Shown here: positions 7,427 through 8,909 of the stretch, in pieces
Numbering within the stretch: the first letter of the stretch is position 1
Layout: every line of letters starts with the position of its first letter
Assembly (NCBI GenBank): GCA_038826135.1
Contig: JAWBON010000043.1
Location: 1 to 8,909, forward strand
From: Candidatus Odinarchaeota archaeon
Lineage (GTDB): Archaea > Asgardarchaeota > Odinarchaeia > Odinarchaeales > Odinarchaeaceae
DNA length: 8,909 bases
Direction of reading: 5' to 3'
Program-made: the position numbers and the translations under genes
The notes under the pieces: model-generated
Databases searched by the model: none
Told to the model about the DNA's origin: nothing
The model's input: only the letters and a program-made list of their open reading frames with translations

Positions 7427-8187
7427 GCTTTAATATATTTGAAGCATTCCGGTATCGTAGAAAAAACACTTTCATACACTCCCTGGACCCGCGTACAAAA
7501 CTAGCTTTAGCACTCGGGGTTTCAGCGCTAAGCATAATATTCACGGAGCTAATAATCCTGTTAATAATATTTTTTTCACTGATACCTCTACTGTTAATTT
7601 CAAAATCAGTTAGAGAATGGACTAGAACAGTGAAAGGTTTAACCTTCCTGATAGTTTTCATACTCATCGTTAACATCATATTCAACGGCTTATCCTTCGC
7701 CATCTCAATGGTTCTGAGAATATTCTCTCTTATAACAGCTTTCGCACTATTCTTTCTAACAGTCCACCCGGATGAGCTTTCACAAGCCCTCATCCAGATG
7801 AAAATACCCTTCAGCTTCGCCTTCGCTATGAGTATGGCGATACGGTATGTGCCCACAATCGCCAGAGAAGCTCAAACTATACGTGAAGCTCAAATGTCAA
7901 GAGGCTTAGAGCTTGAGAGGGGCGGCTTCATCCAGAAAATAAAAAATTTCATACCGATAATAATCCCTTTAATCGTCAACTCTATAAGACGCGCGGTATC
8001 AATAGCTGAAAGCCTTGAAAGCAGAGGCTTCGGCGCTTATCCTAATAGAACCTATCTACTACCGCTTAAAATGAAGAGAAGAGACTACGCTGTGTTGATA
8101 ACTTTATTAGCTGCTATAATAATATCTGTGATTGTAAAGTTCATAGTAGGGCTACCACCATTATTACTGTTAAACATACCCTTCTAA
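7423..8187 (+). CDS. ecfT: ECF transporter transmembrane coupling component T (EcfT/CbiQ family)
   Basis: IHSLDPRTKL N-terminal motif, several hydrophobic helices, TVHPDEL..AL, AIRYVP, and both coupling X-R-X motifs (AQMSRG and LESRGF). ATGA overlap with ecfA2. Confidence 0.94.
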   Translation: MSFNIFEAFRYRRKNTFIHSLDPRTKLALALGVSALSIIFTELIILLIIFFSLIPLLLISKSVREWTRTVKGLTFLIVFILIVNIIFNGLSFAISMVLRIFSLITAFALFFLTVHPDELSQALIQMKIPFSFAFAMSMAIRYVPTIAREAQTIREAQMSRGLELERGGFIQKIKNFIPIIIPLIVNSIRRAVSIAESLESRGFGAYPNRTYLLPLKMKRRDYAVLITLLAAIIISVIVKFIVGLPPLLLLNIPF

Positions 8188-8219
8188 ACCGGATAAATAT
8201 TATTGCAGGTGTTATAAAA

Positions 8220-8810
8220 ATGGTTGAATTCTATCTACCCAGCTGGGAGGAAATCCACCAAGATTTAATCAAACTCGCTGAAAAAATAACATCTTCAAAA
8301 ATCAACCACGATATTATAGTTGCAATAGCTCGCGGCGGCTGGATTGTAGGCCGAATGCTATCCGATCTATTAGATAATAAGAATGTAGCGAATATCAGAG
8401 TGGAATTCTATACAAATATCGGGGAAACCTTGAAGAAACCGTTAATAACCCAGCCTATCTCAACACAGCCGTCTGGAAAAAACATTCTACTATGCGATGA
8501 CGTAGCTGACACTGGTAAGAGCATAAAAGCAGCATACGAGCATTTAACAAGCAAGAACGCTGCCAAGGTCACCGTTGTATGCCTCCATAAGAAACCTTGG
8601 TCTGCTTACACCCCCGACTATTATGTGCGGGAGACAGATAAATGGATAATATATCCCTGGGAGTACCGGGAGACTATTAAAAAATTATCTGAAAACTTTA
8701 GAAAAGAAGGTTTACAAGATAATGAAATTCTAAAAAAACTCAGAGCCATTAACCCTTCAAACCAGTTATTTAACGAAACCATTGATTTAATCTATGGAAA
8801 AAGGGGTTAA
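8220..8810 (+). CDS. Type I phosphoribosyltransferase, archaeal hypoxanthine/xanthine-guanine PRT-like (purine salvage)
   Basis: SWEEI, IVAIARGG, VEFY loop, PRPP-binding ILLCDDVADTGKS, KPWS..TPDYY, WIIYPWE. SD AGGTG at 8207-8211. Base specificity cannot be read from sequence alone. Confidence 0.88.
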   Translation: MVEFYLPSWEEIHQDLIKLAEKITSSKINHDIIVAIARGGWIVGRMLSDLLDNKNVANIRVEFYTNIGETLKKPLITQPISTQPSGKNILLCDDVADTGKSIKAAYEHLTSKNAAKVTVVCLHKKPWSAYTPDYYVRETDKWIIYPWEYRETIKKLSENFRKEGLQDNEILKKLRAINPSNQLFNETIDLIYGKRG

Positions 8811-8812
8811 AA

Positions 8813-8909
8813 TTGATAATAAGAAGGCTTGAAGAACCCTTCCAAAATTTTACAGCCGGTATCACGTCTTTTAACATATTAAACCCTGCGAAAATCAATC
8901 ATCTTTTAT
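8813..8909 (+). CDS. Probable 5' end of the next gene (3'-truncated), product unknown
   Basis: TTG at 8813, 2 nt after the PRT stop, preceded by AAGGGG at 8801-8806. Frame stays open for 32 codons to the window end: MIIRRLEEPFQNFTAGITSFNILNPAKINHLL. Too short for the ORF track. Confidence 0.5.
   Translation, partial: MIIRRLEEPFQNFTAGITSFNILNPAKINHLL

Noticed and set aside
5257-7856. Minus-strand ORFs 5257-5610, 5936-6427 and 7368-7856, considered as a hidden S component or antisense genes
   Set aside because: Each lies antisense to well-conserved genes. The MMMVRLSS/VGSSNN/STGG text in 5936-6427 is the usual antisense reading of ABC motifs, and 7368-7856 is K/R/M-rich rather than a six-helix membrane protein.
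1-8909. CRISPR arrays, tRNA/rRNA, IS elements, inteins, defence systems
   Set aside because: The window is almost fully coding, the largest gap is 58 nt, protein lengths are normal for their families, and no repeat arrays, transposase motifs or intein-sized insertions were seen.

Overview
Gene-dense, AT-rich archaeal housekeeping region with every real gene on the + strand. Bases 1-5692 are the conserved archaeal exosome superoperon: 5'-truncated SBDS/Sdo1, rrp4, rrp41, rrp42, rpl37ae (eL43), a Brix/Imp4-like protein, KEOPS subunit Pcc1, prefoldin beta, a DUF3194-like protein and a DHH/DHHA1 (NrnA-like) phosphoesterase. After the only sizeable intergenic gap (58 nt, TATA-like) come an ECF transporter module (two ATPases plus EcfT) with no substrate-binding S component, a type I purine phosphoribosyltransferase, and the probable start of one more gene running off the window. 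No RNA genes, mobile elements, CRISPR arrays or long repeats were seen. I found no convincingly novel system. The most useful departures from the usual locus are: rpoP (Rpo12) is absent from its usual slot after rpl37ae, an S-component-less ECF module sits next to a purine PRTase, and the Brix protein carries an ELGPRL motif matching the eukaryotic consensus. Gene content suggests a TACK/Asgard-type archaeon, but that is inference. All family assignments come from recognised motifs and gene order, not database searches.
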